Position numbers and translations under genes: made by a program. 64,000 nt of DNA, from IMG/VR virus record IMGVR_UViG_3300036984_000039, positions 32,001 to 96,000 of that record; one strand, 5' to 3'. Shown one piece after another: positions 62,344-64,000 of this stretch (position 1 is its first letter; each line of letters starts with the position of its first letter). Source of the DNA: a virus. Its lineage: Duplodnaviria; Caudoviricetes. The notes under the pieces are model-generated. The model did no database searches, had not been told where the DNA came from, and saw only the letters and a list, made by a program, of their open reading frames with translations.

Positions 62344-62853
62344 TCAGTCCTGCGGCAACAATGCGAAGAAGGCATTCGCGCGTTCTTGTAGGGCGGCAAC
62401 GTCAGCGCACAGAAATAACTCGACACCTATGCGCTGACAACCAATACGTGTCACACTCGCGATGGCGGCTCTTTCCCACGTTTCACGGCAAGGCCACGTT
62501 TGAAGGAGTTCGGCATCTGGCGTGATCGTCTTATAGGCAGAGAGGCGAGATTGCGGATTGTTCGTCCAGCCAACCTTGATTCTTGCGGGCGCAATGTCGG
62601 GAAGCGGTCGCACGATGTAGAAGAAACCACAGCCGTTTTCGACCGGTGAACTAGATTGACCGAATCCTTGATTACGGCGCAACTCATAAAGCGTCTCAGC
62701 ATCCTCCTGGGTTAGTGCGAGCGTCAATTGATTTCTGGAGTCTAAGGTGCGAATTTTGATGAAAGAAAATCCCTGCTTGATGATGTACTTGCGAGCATTC
62801 GACACATCAAGTTTGAGTTCTTTTGCGAGTTGCGACATTGAAACGTAATTCAT
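62344..62853 (-). CDS. HTH plus GIY-YIG (T5orf172-like) protein, antisense insert
   Basis: GFFYIV..RIKVGWT..RL..Y..E..VELF; own promoter TTGACA-N17-TATGCT. Confidence 0.8.
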   Translation of the reverse strand: MNYVSMSQLAKELKLDVSNARKYIIKQGFSFIKIRTLDSRNQLTLALTQEDAETLYELRRNQGFGQSSSPVENGCGFFYIVRPLPDIAPARIKVGWTNNPQSRLSAYKTITPDAELLQTWPCRETWERAAIASVTRIGCQRIGVELFLCADVAALQERANAFFALLPQD

Positions 62854-63049
62854 ATAGCCCTCCGTGGGTGGATTGGCATGGTAACTCACTTATGCTAACC
62901 GTAGCATACCATGCATTACGGGTGTTGTCAAATAACCGTCATCGAATAACGCTTGCGTATGTGTGGTACAATGGTTACAGCAAATCAGACCGATCAGTGC
63001 GGGGAATCGGCGCTACCGAGCATCTAAGTTCTAACGTCATTGGAGCAGC

Positions 63050-63760
63050 ATGAGTAAGCCAACCAATGCCAAAGCGAAAGCATCGCGCGGAGGCACCATG
63101 CCGCCGCCCGATGAGCCAACCGGCCCGACACCAGAACCGGGCGGGCCTATTGCGCCGGTTGAGCCGGACGCACCACAGGAGTTACCAGACATGCCAGAAG
63201 ATTCCACTTGGGCGGAAACCGTAGAGCAGGCGAACTCGCAGAATCTCAAGCGGTTTGTCGATGAATGGGCGGAGGTCTCGCACAACAAGGCGAGCCAGCA
63301 GGCGGGGCTTCAGGATCAGGTCAACAGCCTTTTCCTGAAATGGGCGATGGACGCGCAGGGTATCACCAACCGTGCGGCCAATGACGGCGCGAGTGTCAGC
63401 ACGGCGATCAACAGCGCAATGGCGCTGGCGTCGGCGCGCGGCAGCGATCAGGCTGCGGCGATGCAGGGCTTGGTTTTGGCCGCAGCCCTCGGTCAGCAAA
63501 TTTCCGCCAACAAGATGTCGGCGGAAGTGGCGAGCGCGGATGTCATCGCGAAGAAGGCCATCGACGCGGCTATCGCAGCCGTGCCAGGCACAGGGGCACC
63601 GGCACAGGGCACGTCCGGCGCAGCGCAGGGTGGCATCCAGACGGTCGGCGCGGTCGCCAGCGAAGCGATCATGGCGCAGATCACGAAGTTGGCCGAGGTC
63701 GTCAACGTCCTGACCTTGAAAGTCGCGGCTCTGGAAGTCAATCCGACTCCCGCAGGGTAA
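63050..63760 (+). CDS. Ala/Gln-rich hypothetical protein
   Basis: RBS GGAG; extended -10 TGGTACAAT upstream; GC-rich hairpin at 63770-63795 downstream. Confidence 0.65.
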   Translation: MSKPTNAKAKASRGGTMPPPDEPTGPTPEPGGPIAPVEPDAPQELPDMPEDSTWAETVEQANSQNLKRFVDEWAEVSHNKASQQAGLQDQVNSLFLKWAMDAQGITNRAANDGASVSTAINSAMALASARGSDQAAAMQGLVLAAALGQQISANKMSAEVASADVIAKKAIDAAIAAVPGTGAPAQGTSGAAQGGIQTVGAVASEAIMAQITKLAEVVNVLTLKVAALEVNPTPAG

Positions 63761-63805
63761 GCAGTAACGCGCCGGGTGGCCCGCACCACCCGGCGAGGAC
63801 AGCAC

Positions 63806-64000
63806 ATGGAAACCGTAGAACACGTCGGGGAAATGTGGGATCATAGTTGCAGCGTCGTGCAGGCCAGCACGTCCGCGGGTGGCTACGGTCACAGTGCTTT
63901 CGATTACACAAGCCCAACCGCGACGACGCTGCTGGTGGATTGTCATTACTCGCCAGGTGGCGTGCGCGAGATCATCTCTGCACGCACGGCAGGCGTGGAC
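63806..64000 (+). CDS. Partial gene, probably a head-closure/adaptor protein
   Basis: RBS GAGGA; METVEHVGEMWDHSCSVVQ..GGYG is open to the window end. Confidence 0.45.
   Translation, partial: METVEHVGEMWDHSCSVVQASTSAGGYGHSAFDYTSPTATTLLVDCHYSPGGVREIISARTAGVD

Noticed and set aside
63050-63760. RebB/R-body-like protein
   Set aside because: Only compositional resemblance; no convincing motif match.

Overview
This 64-kb window is part of a large, GC-rich tailed phage or prophage. The host is unknown; Chloroflexota is only an impression. No integrase, rRNA, tRNA or CRISPR array was seen. About 1-24.4 kb is an early or accessory region of small minus-strand genes driven by a family of near-consensus sigma70 promoters. 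It includes DUF4942, a DarA_C-like protein, an FtsK ATPase, an ATP-dependent ligase and several HNH nucleases. About 24.6-33.5 kb (minus) holds MuF-like and modular internal proteins, VRR-NUC, MazG, portal and large terminase. About 34.7-37.2 kb (plus) holds a ParB-like protein, a C5 methyltransferase and a probable small terminase. About 42.5-64 kb (plus) holds a Mu-like protease/scaffold, the capsid, virion proteins and a 14-aa-repeat protein. The window is heavily invaded by selfish nucleases: two intact TnpB elements, three TnpB remnants, no TnpA, five HNH genes, one LAGLIDADG and one GIY-YIG. The main observations are: (1) two independent TnpB elements in which the tnpB body is replaced by an HNH gene while the regulator, the tnpB 5' stub and the omegaRNA or right-end sequence remain; (2) a ~580-nt ROOL-like ncRNA candidate and other structured non-coding transcripts; (3) a two-copy covarying 5'-leader RNA switch that sequesters the RBS; (4) a C5 methyltransferase caught in circular permutation, with two alternative TRD cassettes; (5) a perfect chromosomal-type parS site. 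All family calls come from motif recognition by eye; no database searches were run.
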